Source of the DNA: an uncultured Verrucomicrobiota bacterium
GTDB taxonomy: Bacteria; Verrucomicrobiota; Verrucomicrobiia; Limisphaerales; CAIMTB01
Length of the DNA stretch: 64,000 bases
Assembly (NCBI GenBank): GCA_942490575.1
Contig: CALNYA010000069.1
Coordinates: 53,901-117,900, forward strand
Reading direction: 5' to 3'
Part shown: positions 38,873-49,038 of the stretch, piece by piece
Numbering within the stretch: the first letter of the stretch is position 1
Layout: each line of letters begins with the position of its first letter
Notes under the pieces: generated by a model
The model's input: only the letters and a program-made list of their open reading frames with translations
Told to the model about the DNA's origin: nothing
Databases searched by the model: none
Position numbers and translations under genes: made by a program

Positions 38873-39790
38873 TCACTCGACCAGATAGCTTCGCCGTTCC
38901 AGGGCGACGCTGCCGGTCGGATCGATCGAATAGACGGCGACATCGTCCAATCCGGGCGTGTCGGGGTGGTAGATCAGAACCTCTCCGTCCGACGAAACGT
39001 CGCCTAGCCTGGAAAAGACCTTGCGCATGACGCGGGGTCCTTCGGGCGGAGGAGCAAAGGATGCTTTCAGGGCTCCCGCGCGGGAACGCGTCCCGGGCGC
39101 GGCGGACGATGAGAGTGAAACGGCGTCGCCGACTTTGACCTTGGTTGCTGAAGCGCGGGCGCCGCGGGTCGAACGGGGCGAACGGGTGGAACGGGTGGAA
39201 GGCGTTGCCGGGGCCCCTGGGAGCGGGGTCGAGGTCGAGGGCTCCAGAACGATCCGCCGGTCGAGGCAGGTGGCGATCGGGCTCAACTCCGAGAGGGTCG
39301 CGCCCGTTTGCCGCAGCAGGAACACGAGATTGGCGCGGGCGAAGGAAACGACTCCATCACCGGGGCCGGAGAAGTAGACATCCCCGCTGGAGGACCGCTC
39401 CTTCAGCGTCATTCCCGGCAGTTGGAACTCGCCCAGCAACCGGATCAGAAGGTCGTGAGCCGACCCGCGGGAATCGCACTCGAAACAATCCGTGTGCAGC
39501 ACAAGGGGAGGGTCGTCGCGCATCGGTCGGGAGGGGGGGGCAGCCAGCATTCCAGGCGGGCTCGCCGCGCGGGTCCGCGGCTGCCATACCGATTGGATAT
39601 GGGGCGGGAATTCGGCCAGTCGAACGGGGCGGATTCGCAGGGGCGCCCAGCCTGGGATCTCGGATCCGGAAAGATGGAAATCGCGAACGAAGATTCGCCG
39701 TTCCGACCGGGTGCGATTCCGCCACTGATTGAAGGCATGGGCCGCCTTCAACGCATCGATCAATGGGGATTGAGGTGGGAGTGGCATCAT
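38873..39790 (-). CDS. Orphan protein, last gene of the NRPS operon
   Basis: A 305 aa ORF starting 6 nt after the upstream stop. I recognise no motif. A central low-complexity linker (PATPSTRSTRSPRSTRGARAS) is encoded by short tandem repeats near 39170-39210. Confidence 0.55.
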   Translation of the reverse strand: MMPLPPQSPLIDALKAAHAFNQWRNRTRSERRIFVRDFHLSGSEIPGWAPLRIRPVRLAEFPPHIQSVWQPRTRAASPPGMLAAPPSRPMRDDPPLVLHTDCFECDSRGSAHDLLIRLLGEFQLPGMTLKERSSSGDVYFSGPGDGVVSFARANLVFLLRQTGATLSELSPIATCLDRRIVLEPSTSTPLPGAPATPSTRSTRSPRSTRGARASATKVKVGDAVSLSSSAAPGTRSRAGALKASFAPPPEGPRVMRKVFSRLGDVSSDGEVLIYHPDTPGLDDVAVYSIDPTGSVALERRSYLVE

Positions 39791-39796
39791 GGCGGA

Positions 39797-41059
39797 CTAG
39801 ATGAGCATCCGGCGCTGACGGGTCAATGGCTGCGGGACGCAGTTGAGTAGGGAATCCGGCGCGGCGAGGCGCCCACGGTAGTCGTAGCCAAAGGTCCCGG
39901 CGAAGGGAAGATCGGCTGGGAGAAGGGGGAGATAAGGTGGGAGCGATGGATTGAAGGAGGCGCTGACCAGCACGCAAGCGTCCCAGATGGGGTCGTCGAA
40001 GCCGCATTCCCGTCCCCACGCCACCTCGTGAAACTGAAAACCCGTGGCGATGCCGCAGGGCAGGCTGAAATCCGGGTAGCCGATGACTCGAATGGGGTTG
40101 GTGTTGAAAAAGGTCCCGATGGCCGGCCCGATGCGGGACTGCCAGAGATCGCATCCCAGGATATTGGCGAACGAGGAGACGATCGTCGCGCAATCGCTGC
40201 AATTGACGTAGGGACCGTTGCCATACCCCCCCGCCAACCGATCGAGGAAGGCGGTGCAATCGAAATAGATCAGGGAATACTGCGTCAGCGCGAAAATGGG
40301 ACAGCCGTAGGAAACGACCTTCGGACCCAGGCGGAAGACCGATTCCGTGATCAATCGCAGAGCGTCCTTGCGACGACGCGCTCCCTGGGCCCAATGACAG
40401 GCGTGATCGAGGACGTCGGTCCAGGGGAGCTGGGTGTTCGCGACGGAGAACGGGGTTTGAAGCCAGGGAAGCTTGGGCACCTCCAGGATGAGGTAGACGC
40501 GATGCCGGCTGACGGCGAAGTCGGTCCACGCGAGGCTGGTTGCCTCCCGGTATTGCCAGCGCCACGTGATGGTGTGGATTCCCACGCCCGCCGACCAAAG
40601 GCGGTGATTGACCAGCCTGAACGTCTCGAATCCGGTTTCGCCGCCTGTGGGGAAGGTGATCCAGCGTGGCTGCGCCTCTCCTAGAACATGGTCGTTCGCC
40701 GTGACGAGCGCCCGAAGCGCACGCACCCGCGGGTCCAGGGAAGGAGGGGTTCCCGTGGTCGGCAGCCACCGGTCCACCTCGGCCCACCGCGAACGCGCGG
40801 GTGAATCAGGAATGGCGCGGACCTCGACGGCGCGCACGCCGGGGCGGGGTGGGCGGAATCGAGCCTGGATCAAGATGGGCAGGCCCCATGTGCCGGACGT
40901 CGCATAGGCCACGGGGCTATGGACGCCGCCCGGGGTGGCGCCGGCCTGCCATTCCGGGAGCGGTAGGATCGTGGACGCGTTCCTGCGCAGGTTCAGGGCG
41001 GTGATTCCGGCGACGCCCGGCTGGCAATTGAAGAGAACGGCATCGAGGGTGATGCTCAC
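39797..41059 (-). CDS. Uncharacterised protein with a transglutaminase/papain-like Cys-His-Asp motif set, translationally coupled to the last NRPS gene
   Basis: The GTG at 41059 overlaps the NRPS TGA at 41056-41058 (GTGA), giving 420 aa. The N-terminal region looks beta-rich. The C-terminal half has GPYVNCSDCATIVSSFANILGCDL (Cys287, codon 40199-40201), GFQFHEVAWGR (His344) and IWDACV (Asp360). Their order and spacing echo the GQCWVFAGV...LG / FHVWNE.W / DATPQ core of transglutaminases. Confidence 0.5.
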   Translation of the reverse strand: MSITLDAVLFNCQPGVAGITALNLRRNASTILPLPEWQAGATPGGVHSPVAYATSGTWGLPILIQARFRPPRPGVRAVEVRAIPDSPARSRWAEVDRWLPTTGTPPSLDPRVRALRALVTANDHVLGEAQPRWITFPTGGETGFETFRLVNHRLWSAGVGIHTITWRWQYREATSLAWTDFAVSRHRVYLILEVPKLPWLQTPFSVANTQLPWTDVLDHACHWAQGARRRKDALRLITESVFRLGPKVVSYGCPIFALTQYSLIYFDCTAFLDRLAGGYGNGPYVNCSDCATIVSSFANILGCDLWQSRIGPAIGTFFNTNPIRVIGYPDFSLPCGIATGFQFHEVAWGRECGFDDPIWDACVLVSASFNPSLPPYLPLLPADLPFAGTFGYDYRGRLAAPDSLLNCVPQPLTRQRRMLI

Positions 41060-44000
41060 GCGGGGCCCTCGGTTGGAATTCGGTATTCGTTTCGCGGCAG
41101 CGGGACCAATGCGGGCCCGTCGGCGACGGGCGCGGACCGGAGTCGGTCCACCTCGAGGGCGAGCGCCCCGACGGTGGGCGACTGAAACAGGCATCGCAGC
41201 GGCAATTCCACGCGGAATTCATCGCGGATCCGCGAGACCAGCTGCGTCGCCATGAGGGAATGGCCTCCCAGGTCGCGGAAGAAATGGTCATGAACTCCCA
41301 CGGGTCGCGCCTTGAACAATTCCGTCCACAATCTGGCCATCACCACTTCGGTCGGAGTTTGTGGAGGCGCATACGCCACCTTCCTGGCCGGCTCGGGCGC
41401 GCCGAGCCTCCCGATCGCGTCGCGGTCAACCTTTCCATTGGGAAGCAACGGCAGGGATTCAAGGATCCGGAACGTGGGGGGGACGAGATGCGCCGGGATT
41501 CGACTCCCCAGCCAGGCGCCCCAGTCAATGGCGCCAAGATCGTCCCCGTTTCGGGGAATCAGGAAGGCGACCAGCGTGTCGGCCTCCCCGCTTGCATCCC
41601 GCGCCCCGGAGACCACGGCCGCGCCCAGGGAGGGATGCGTCGCCAGCACATTCTCCACCTCGGCGGGCTCGACCCGGTAGCCCCGGATCTTGAGTTGCTG
41701 ATCGAGCCTTCCCAGGAATTCCAGGTTTCCATCGGCTCGAAAACGCGCAAGGTCGCCGGTCCGGTAAAGGCGCGCGCCGGGCCGACTTGAGAACGGGTGC
41801 GGCGCGAAACGCTCCGCCGTGAGTCCAGGCTGGTGAAGATAGCCGCGCGCGAGACCGTCGCCCCCGACCCAGAGCTCGCCCGGGACGCCCATGGGGGTGG
41901 GTCGGCGTTCGCCGTCGAGGACGTAGACTTCGAGATTCGGGATGGGGCGTCCGATCGGGACCGTGTCCGAGACGGGCGGTTCCCGCCGGGGATCAAACCA
42001 CGTGACGTCCCAGGTTTCGGAGGTTCCGTAGAGGTTGAAGAGGGTGGCCGCCGGCAGCTGAGCCGTGAATCGGCCGTAGAGTTCGGCGCCGAGGGCTTCG
42101 CCGCTGCTCACCCAGAAGCGAAGATGCGGCAGCTGCTCGGCCAGGTCGGTTCCGGTATCCAGCATCGCGCGCAGCAGGGAAGGCACGAGCCACAGGCGGG
42201 TCACCCGCCGGCGGTTGAGTAGGTCGATGAGACTCCAAGGGTCCCTGACAATCTCATCGGGAACGATCACCGTCGGAATGCCGCGGAGCAAGGGGCCGAG
42301 CCATTCCCAGAGGGAGTCCACGAAATTCAGGGAGGTCTTTTGGCATCCGACTTCACCGGGTTCGAATGGGTACTCCTCCCACATCCAGGCCAGGCGGTTG
42401 AGGATCTGCCGGTGCTCAACGGCGACTCCTTTGGGCTGTCCGGTCGATCCGGAGGTGAAGATGACATACGCCAGCTGATCGGGCCGGATCCGGGAGGACG
42501 CCGAGGGCGGCGGCGGACGGCTCCGCGGTCTCCTGATCCACGAGGATGAGAGTCGCCCCCGAGGGACAAAGTGGCCGCAGGGACGCGCGCGAAAGGATCC
42601 GCTGGACGCGCGCCTCGACCGCCATGGACGCGAGGCGCGCGGCGGGATACGACGGATCGAGCGGCAGGTAGACACCTCCCACCATCCAGATGGCGAAGAG
42701 CGCGACGGGAACGTCCAGACCCCGCTCAAGGCAGACGCCAACGGGCTCCTCCGGGTTCACTCCATGTCGCCGCAGTTCACCCGCCAGACGCCTCGCCCGG
42801 CGATGGAGTTCCGCGATCGTGATCGAGGCCTCGCCATCCTCGAAAGCGATGGATTCGGGGGTCCTCGCGGCCTGGTCCTCGAGCCTCTCCACGACGCTTC
42901 GCTCATCCGGCCGGGATTCGCGTTCCCCGTTCCATTCGGTGAGCAGGAGGCGTTCCTCATCCGGCGTGAGGAGGTTGCATTTCGAAATGGGTTGGTCGGG
43001 GTCGGCGGCCATCGCCTCCAGGAGGCTCAGGTAGTGGGCCGCCATGCGTTCGATGGTGGGAGGGTCGAAAAGATCGCAACTGTACTCCATCTGGGCGGTG
43101 AGCCCGGCTCCGCTCTCCCAAAGGCTCACCGACAAGTCGAAGATGGCGGAGGGTGGTTTGACGTCGAGCAACGTCGTCGCGGCGGATTCCCCGGGGGCGG
43201 AGCGCGACGCGGTCGGTCCGGTCGGCATTTGGAAGACGACCTGAAAGAGTGGATTGAGACCGAGGTCGCGATCCGGCTGAAGCTTTTCGACCAGCATCTC
43301 AAAGGGCAGATCCTGATGGGCGTAGGCGGCCAGGGCGGATTCCCGCACGCGCCCCAGCAGTTCGCGAAATGTCGGCGAGCCGGAGGCGTCGGTGCGAAGA
43401 ACGAGGGTGTTGACGAAGAAGCCGATGATGCCCTCCAACTCCGCGCGGTTGCGATTGGCGATGTAGGTCCCCACGACGAGGTCCTCCTGGCGCGTGTAAC
43501 GGACGAGGAGCGCTTCGAAGGCGGTGAGCGTCGCGATGAAGAGCGTCACCCCCGCGGATTCACTCAGGCGTTTCAACGCCAGCGCCAAGGCGCGCGGACC
43601 ATGAAATGTGTGCGTCGCACCGCGGTACGACTGCGCAGGCGGTCGCGAACGGTCGGTCGGCAGGCGAAGAATGGGCGGGTTCGAAAGCGCGCGAGTCCAG
43701 AATTCCAGTTGGCGGTCGAGGGTTTCGCCCCGCAGCCAGCGCCGCTGCCACACGGCGAAATCGGAGTATTGCAGCGACGGTTCGGGCAGGGGGGATGGGC
43801 GGCCATACGCGAAGGCGGTGTAGAGCGCCGTCAACTCCCGCGAGAAGATCCCCATCGACCAGCCGTCGCTGATGATGTGGTGTTGCGAGAGGAGGAAGAG
43901 GTGGTCGGCGGGCCCCAACCGCAGGAGCGACGCCCGCAGCAACGGGCCCGTCGCCAGGTCGAAGGGCCGCCCGGCATCCTCCTGGGCGAGTCGAAGGGCC

Positions 44001-44377
44001 TCCCCTTCGCGCGCTTCCGGCGGAAGGGCGCGAAGGTCGACCACCGCCAGTGACAGTCGGGCCTCGGGGGAGACGATCTGGACCGGTTGCCCGTCGACCA
44101 CGCCGAACGTCGTGCGCAGGGACTCGTGACGACGCACGATTTCATTCAGGCACCGATCCAGGACCGAAACCTCGATGGGAACATTCAATCGTACCGCGAT
44201 CGCGACATTGTAGAACGGGTTGCCCGGAGTGAGTTGATCCAGAAACCAGAGGCGCTGCTGCGCGAAGGAAACCGGGTGGGCGCGGCGCTGGCCCGATCGC
44301 TGTTCAAGCATTCGGGCGAGCAAGGCCCGCCGGTCGCCGGGGGAACCATTCGGCGGTTCGGCTTCGGAGGGGTTCAT
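41056..44377 (-). CDS. NRPS module 4, C-A-T, with no release domain; interrupted by one frame change near 42470-42500
   Basis: The ATG at 44377 overlaps the upstream stop (ATGA). The C domain has SFAQQRLWFLDQLTPGNPFYNV and HHIISDGWS (tail of ORF 42416..47380). The A domain continues in ORF 41056..42741 with LAYVIFTSGSTGQPKG, an unusual NLYGTSE, YRTGDLARFRADGNLEFLGRLDQQLKIRGYRVE and LPNGKVDR. The T domain has DLGGHSLMATQL, followed by only about 40 aa. The span is 3322 nt, not a multiple of 3. Confidence 0.9.
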
Positions 44378-47300
44378 GACGTGGCTTCGTCGAGTTCCGT
44401 TGTTCCCAATTCCGCGAGGAGCGCTTCCACCTCGGCGTCGGAAAGACCCGCGAGGGCCTCCGGTGTGAGGCGATCGGCGACCGGGCGGATGGCCGGCGGA
44501 ACGGCCGTTGAATCGGCGGGTTCCGCGCGCGCCGCCTCGACCGCCGCCGCCATGCCCGCGACGGTCGGCGTCTCGAAGAGGGCCCGGAGCGGAATCTCGA
44601 CCTGAAACCGCTCGCGGATGCGTGAGATCAGCTGGGTTGCCAGGAGGGAGTGCCCTCCGAGTTCGGTGAAGAAGTGATCGAACGCGCCCACCCGTGGCAC
44701 GCCCAAGAGGTCCGACCAAACCCCGGCGAGGGACGCCTCCAACGGGGTCCGCGGCGTCACACTCGCGGCTCCCGCCCGGTTGTGCGCGAAATCCGGCTCG
44801 GGAAGGGCCCGGCGGTCCACCTTTCCATGAGCCGTGACCGGCAAGGCCTCGAGGACCACGAAAGTCGCGGGGACCATGTGTTCGGGAAGTCGCTCCTGAA
44901 GACCACGCCGCAGACTGGGAACGAGTCGACGGCCGTGAAGTCCCTGCAAGGGCTGATTGGCGTAGGCGCCCCAGGGGCGCCTCGGGAGTCGCTGCGCCGC
45001 GGGCCACCAGGAAGGCGAGGCTTTCCCACCGGCCGCGCTGGTGAACCAGACATCGAGGCGGTCGTCGTTCCCCGACCCGGACCATCCCACCTCGGCCGTT
45101 CGGCCGAGGTCCGCGCCGAGTCGCCAAAGGGATTCCGGTTGGATGGCGATCGACGCGGGGCGGGTCCCTTCCCACGCACGCAGTTCGGCCACGGTGCGGA
45201 TCTCCGACGCATCCTGAAGTCCCGCGAGTCGGATCACGTCCGGCCACACCAGGGCGTTCGGGATGCGACGGACGCCGATGCCATCCGGCCCCGCCTCCCG
45301 CACGCGCTCGCGAAGCCGATCGAGGTTGAGATCCGCCGATTCCCAGTCCAGCCATGGGCAATCGACGGTTTGGACTTCCGAATCTGCGTCTCCGACGGTC
45401 AGCGTGACGTCGTACCGGTATTGGCTGAGTTCGTTGAGGTAGCCGCCGCGTTTGGGTTCGATCCGGACGCTCCGAATCAGGGGGAAGGCCTGTCGCAACG
45501 CCACGAAGAACGCGGGGTCGAGCACCAGTTCCTCCTCGATCGCCGTGCGACGCCGCACCGCCTCGCGGACCGCTGCCAGCGTGGTTGTCGCCCCGCCTCG
45601 CTCCAATTCGATCGCCGCATGGAAGGGTTCCAGAAGGCAGCGGTTCCGGATATCCCCGAGGAAGACCGTCCCGCCGGGTCGCACCAGCTTCACGACCCCT
45701 TCGAGCACGCGCACCAGGTACTCGATGGTGGGGAAGTACTGGATCACCGAATTGAGGATCACCTGGTCGAATCCCGGTTCGAGAGCGTCGAGGTTTTCGG
45801 CGGTCCGCTCGAGGACGCGAACATGACGCCAGCGATCCGCCTGGCGATTCAGAATCCGGGACACGTATCCAAGCGCGGTGGCCGAAAAGTCCGTGCCGAT
45901 GTACTCGCGACACGTCGGCGCCACGCGAAAAAGGAGCAAGCCGGTCCCGCACCCGATTTCCAGGATGCGTTGGGCCTCCGCCGAGCGGACGCGCTGGACG
46001 GTGCGCTCGACCCATTCCTTCATTTCGGAAGGGGGGATGGGTCGCCCCGTGTAGCTGCTGTTCCATCCGATGATGTTGAATGTCGGATCGGTTTCGGGCT
46101 CGGGGCCGGAATAAGTCGCCTCGTAGAGCGACCTCCAATGGTTCACGTGTTCGGCCACAAGCGCCGCGTCGTTCCCATCCTTTTCCGGGGATTCGACGGA
46201 GCGGGGAACCACGTAGGCCACCAACCGCTTCTCGCCGGACGGTTCGGACGACGCGGCCGCCACCGCCTCCTTGACGAGTGGATGCGCCCTGATGGCGGAT
46301 TCGACTTCGCCGAGTTCGATCCGAAATCCCCGCACCTTCACCTGCTGGTCGAGTCGTCCGAGGAACTCGATGTCGCCGTCGGCCCGGTACCGGGCCAGGT
46401 CGCCGGTGCGATACAGGCGTTGTCCCGGCCGTTCGGCGAAGGGATTCGGGATGAACCGTTCCGCCGTGAGTTCGGCGCGACCCAGGTAGCCGCGGGCCAA
46501 GCCGACACCGCCGAGGCAGAGTTCGCCGGGCACACCAATGGGAACCGGTTGTCCGTGGGAATCCACGATATAAACCCGCGTGTTGGCGATGGGACGGCCG
46601 ATGGAGGGCTTGCGTCCGTCGTCCGAGGGCCGGATCACGCCAGCCGTGCTCACGACCGTATCCTCGGTGGGGCCGTAATGATTCACGACATCGAAAGGCA
46701 GGCCGGTCCTGGGCGGGTGGTGCATTTCGTCGCCACCGGTCAGCAGATGTCGCAAAGCCAGCGTCGATGGCCAGGTTCGTTCGAGGGCGGCTTCGGCGAG
46801 AGGGGTGGGAAGAAACGCCACCGTGATCCGCTCGCGCGCCAGCCACGCCACCAAGGCTCCAGGATCGACGCGCACGTCGTCCGGCACCACATGCACGCTC
46901 GCGCCGGCGCAGAGATACGGCCAGATCTCCCAGACCACGGCGTCGTAGGAGGGCGCGGCCAGTTGCGTCGCGCGATCGGCCCCCGTGATCCCGTAAGTCC
47001 GGTTGTGCCACGCCACCAGATTGACCAGGCCATCGTGGCAAATCTCGGCGCCCTTCGGCCGGCCCGTGGAACCCGAGGTGTAGAGGACGTAGGCGATATC
47101 CTGGGGAGTGGGTCTTCCTTCCGGCGCCTCGGGACGCGTTCCGGCGGGCGGTTCCGGCGCACCGTCCAGTTCGACCACGCGAGCCGGACCGCCCGTCAGA
47201 ATCGCCGCGCCGGTCGCGTCCGTTGCCACCAGTAGGGATCGACTGTCCCCCAGCGTGTACCACTGGCGGTCCTTGGGATTGTCGGGGTCGAGCGGAAGAT

Positions 47301-49038
47301 ACGCCGCGCCTGTTTTCCAGACCGCCCAGAGAGCGACCACCAACTCCACACTTCGGGGGAGACAGACGGCGACGACACACTCGGGACCCGCGCCCAAGGC
47401 CCGCAGACGGACGGCCAGGCGCGCCGATTCCGCGTCAAGTTCCGCATAGGTCAACCGTCGGCGGGTGTCGGCGACCGCGAGCGCCTCGGGCGTCCGCGCG
47501 GCCTGGGCGGCGACGAGGGAGGGCGTCGCCTGATCGCGGGGGTAGTCGGCGTTGGTCTGATTCCATTCCACCAGAACCTGCCGGCGTTCAGCCGGCGGAA
47601 GGCATGGAATCCTGGACAAGGGCAGATCCGGTTCGGCGGCGATGCCCCGCAGCAGCTGAAGATAATGCGTCGCGAGGCGGGCGATGGTCGACGTCTCGAA
47701 CAGCGCCGTGCTGAATTCGATCTCCCCTTCGATCCCTCGTGGGCCCTGCGACAGGTTGAACGCCAAATCGAAGATCGCCGTGCCCTTCTGAAGCATCAGG
47801 GAGGCGCCGCCGCCGGCCCCCGTCGCGGTCGCCGGAGAGGTGCCCGCGAAGAGTTGAAAGGTGACCTGGAAGAGCGGATTCCGACTCAGGTCGCGTTCCG
47901 GTTGCAGTTCCTCGACCAGTCTCTCGAAGGGAAGGTCCTGGTGGGCGTAGGCGCCGAGGGCGACCTCGTTCACCCGCCGCAGGAGTTCGCGGAAAGGAGG
48001 GTCGCCGGAGAGGTCGGTCCGCAGGACGAGCGTGTTGACGAAGAACCCGATGAGGTTCTCCAACTCGGAGCGGCTTCGACCCGCGACAGGCGCTCCCACG
48101 GCGACGTCGTCCTGCCGGGTGTAGCGATGGAGAAGCGTCTTGAAGGCGGCGAGCAGGAGCACGAAGAGGGTGACTCCCTCCCGGCGAGCGAGACTCTGGA
48201 GCCCGGCGCTGAGCAATGGAGGCGCCTCGAATCGATGGGTCGCCCCGACGTAGCTGGAAACATCGGGGCGGGGCCGGTCGGTGGGCAGGTCGAGCCTGGG
48301 AAGATCGCGCAGGTGCCCCCGCCAATAGTCGAGTTGACGGTTCAGGGCGTCCCCCTCCAGCGAGCGCCGCTGCCAAAGGGCGAAATCGGGGTATTGCACG
48401 ACCAATTCCTCCAGGGGAGAACCCCGACCCAGCGCCAAGGCGCCGTAGAGCGCGTTGAGTTCCCTTGCGAAAACCCCCATGGACCAGCCGTCGCTGATGA
48501 TGTGATGAAGGGTCAGAAGGAAGAACTGATCGCGGTCGTCGAGGCGGAGGAGTTTGGCTCGAAGGAGGGGACCCGTCGTCAGATCGAACGGATGCCGGGC
48601 CTCCTCCGTGGCGAGGCGCATGGCCTCCGATTCGCGCGAGGCGCTCGGGAGGGATCGAAGGTCGACGACGGGCAGGGACAGGGTGAGCGTCGGAGCCACC
48701 ACCTGTTCGGGCTCCCCGTCGGCGTGGCGGAAGGATGTCCGGAGCGCCTCGTGTCTGCGCACGATTTCATTCAGGCAGCGCTCGAGGATTCCCGGATGCA
48801 TCGGCATCGAGATCCGGATGGCGCTGGTGACGTTGTAGAATGGGTTGCCCGGCGACAGTTGATTCAGGAACCAAAGGCGCTGTTGCGCGCAGGAAAGGGG
48901 GAGGCGCGCATCGGGGGATCGGCGGGGAATCACCTCCGGAGCATGGGCGGCCAATCCCTCCTTCCGCAGGAGGGAGGCCACCAGGGCCTGTCGGCGCGAG
49001 AGGTTGATTTCGCTTCGTGGGTTCCGGGGGGAAGTCAT
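44374..49038 (-). CDS. NRPS module 3, C-A(N-MT)-T
   Basis: 1554 aa. The C domain has HHIISDGWS. The A domain has AYVLYTSGSTGRPKG, NHYGPTE and YRTGDLARYRADGDIEFLGRLDQQVKVRGFRIE. A methyltransferase is inserted before LPEHMVP/AHGKVDR. The T domain has ELGGHSLLATQL. Confidence 0.95.
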   Translation of the reverse strand: MTSPRNPRSEINLSRRQALVASLLRKEGLAAHAPEVIPRRSPDARLPLSCAQQRLWFLNQLSPGNPFYNVTSAIRISMPMHPGILERCLNEIVRRHEALRTSFRHADGEPEQVVAPTLTLSLPVVDLRSLPSASRESEAMRLATEEARHPFDLTTGPLLRAKLLRLDDRDQFFLLTLHHIISDGWSMGVFARELNALYGALALGRGSPLEELVVQYPDFALWQRRSLEGDALNRQLDYWRGHLRDLPRLDLPTDRPRPDVSSYVGATHRFEAPPLLSAGLQSLARREGVTLFVLLLAAFKTLLHRYTRQDDVAVGAPVAGRSRSELENLIGFFVNTLVLRTDLSGDPPFRELLRRVNEVALGAYAHQDLPFERLVEELQPERDLSRNPLFQVTFQLFAGTSPATATGAGGGASLMLQKGTAIFDLAFNLSQGPRGIEGEIEFSTALFETSTIARLATHYLQLLRGIAAEPDLPLSRIPCLPPAERRQVLVEWNQTNADYPRDQATPSLVAAQAARTPEALAVADTRRRLTYAELDAESARLAVRLRALGAGPECVVAVCLPRSVELVVALWAVWKTGAAYLPLDPDNPKDRQWYTLGDSRSLLVATDATGAAILTGGPARVVELDGAPEPPAGTRPEAPEGRPTPQDIAYVLYTSGSTGRPKGAEICHDGLVNLVAWHNRTYGITGADRATQLAAPSYDAVVWEIWPYLCAGASVHVVPDDVRVDPGALVAWLARERITVAFLPTPLAEAALERTWPSTLALRHLLTGGDEMHHPPRTGLPFDVVNHYGPTEDTVVSTAGVIRPSDDGRKPSIGRPIANTRVYIVDSHGQPVPIGVPGELCLGGVGLARGYLGRAELTAERFIPNPFAERPGQRLYRTGDLARYRADGDIEFLGRLDQQVKVRGFRIELGEVESAIRAHPLVKEAVAAASSEPSGEKRLVAYVVPRSVESPEKDGNDAALVAEHVNHWRSLYEATYSGPEPETDPTFNIIGWNSSYTGRPIPPSEMKEWVERTVQRVRSAEAQRILEIGCGTGLLLFRVAPTCREYIGTDFSATALGYVSRILNRQADRWRHVRVLERTAENLDALEPGFDQVILNSVIQYFPTIEYLVRVLEGVVKLVRPGGTVFLGDIRNRCLLEPFHAAIELERGGATTTLAAVREAVRRRTAIEEELVLDPAFFVALRQAFPLIRSVRIEPKRGGYLNELSQYRYDVTLTVGDADSEVQTVDCPWLDWESADLNLDRLRERVREAGPDGIGVRRIPNALVWPDVIRLAGLQDASEIRTVAELRAWEGTRPASIAIQPESLWRLGADLGRTAEVGWSGSGNDDRLDVWFTSAAGGKASPSWWPAAQRLPRRPWGAYANQPLQGLHGRRLVPSLRRGLQERLPEHMVPATFVVLEALPVTAHGKVDRRALPEPDFAHNRAGAASVTPRTPLEASLAGVWSDLLGVPRVGAFDHFFTELGGHSLLATQLISRIRERFQVEIPLRALFETPTVAGMAAAVEAARAEPADSTAVPPAIRPVADRLTPEALAGLSDAEVEALLAELGTTELDEATS
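44900..46230 (-). other. Embedded SAM-dependent N-methyltransferase-type domain of module 3 (approximate bounds)
   Basis: The motifs are ILEIGCGTGLLLFRVAP (around 45935-45975), VILNSVIQYFP and PGGTVFLGDIR. It sits between the A8 and A9 core motifs. Confidence 0.8.

Noticed and set aside
42416-47380. A 1654-aa ORF spanning most of NRPS gene 3 in another frame
   Set aside because: Only its last ~650 codons (from MNPSEAEPPNG at 44377) are real NRPS sequence. The upstream ~1000 codons are Arg/Pro/Gly-rich alternative-frame read-through of the genuine gene 44374..49038, as is typical in high-G+C DNA.
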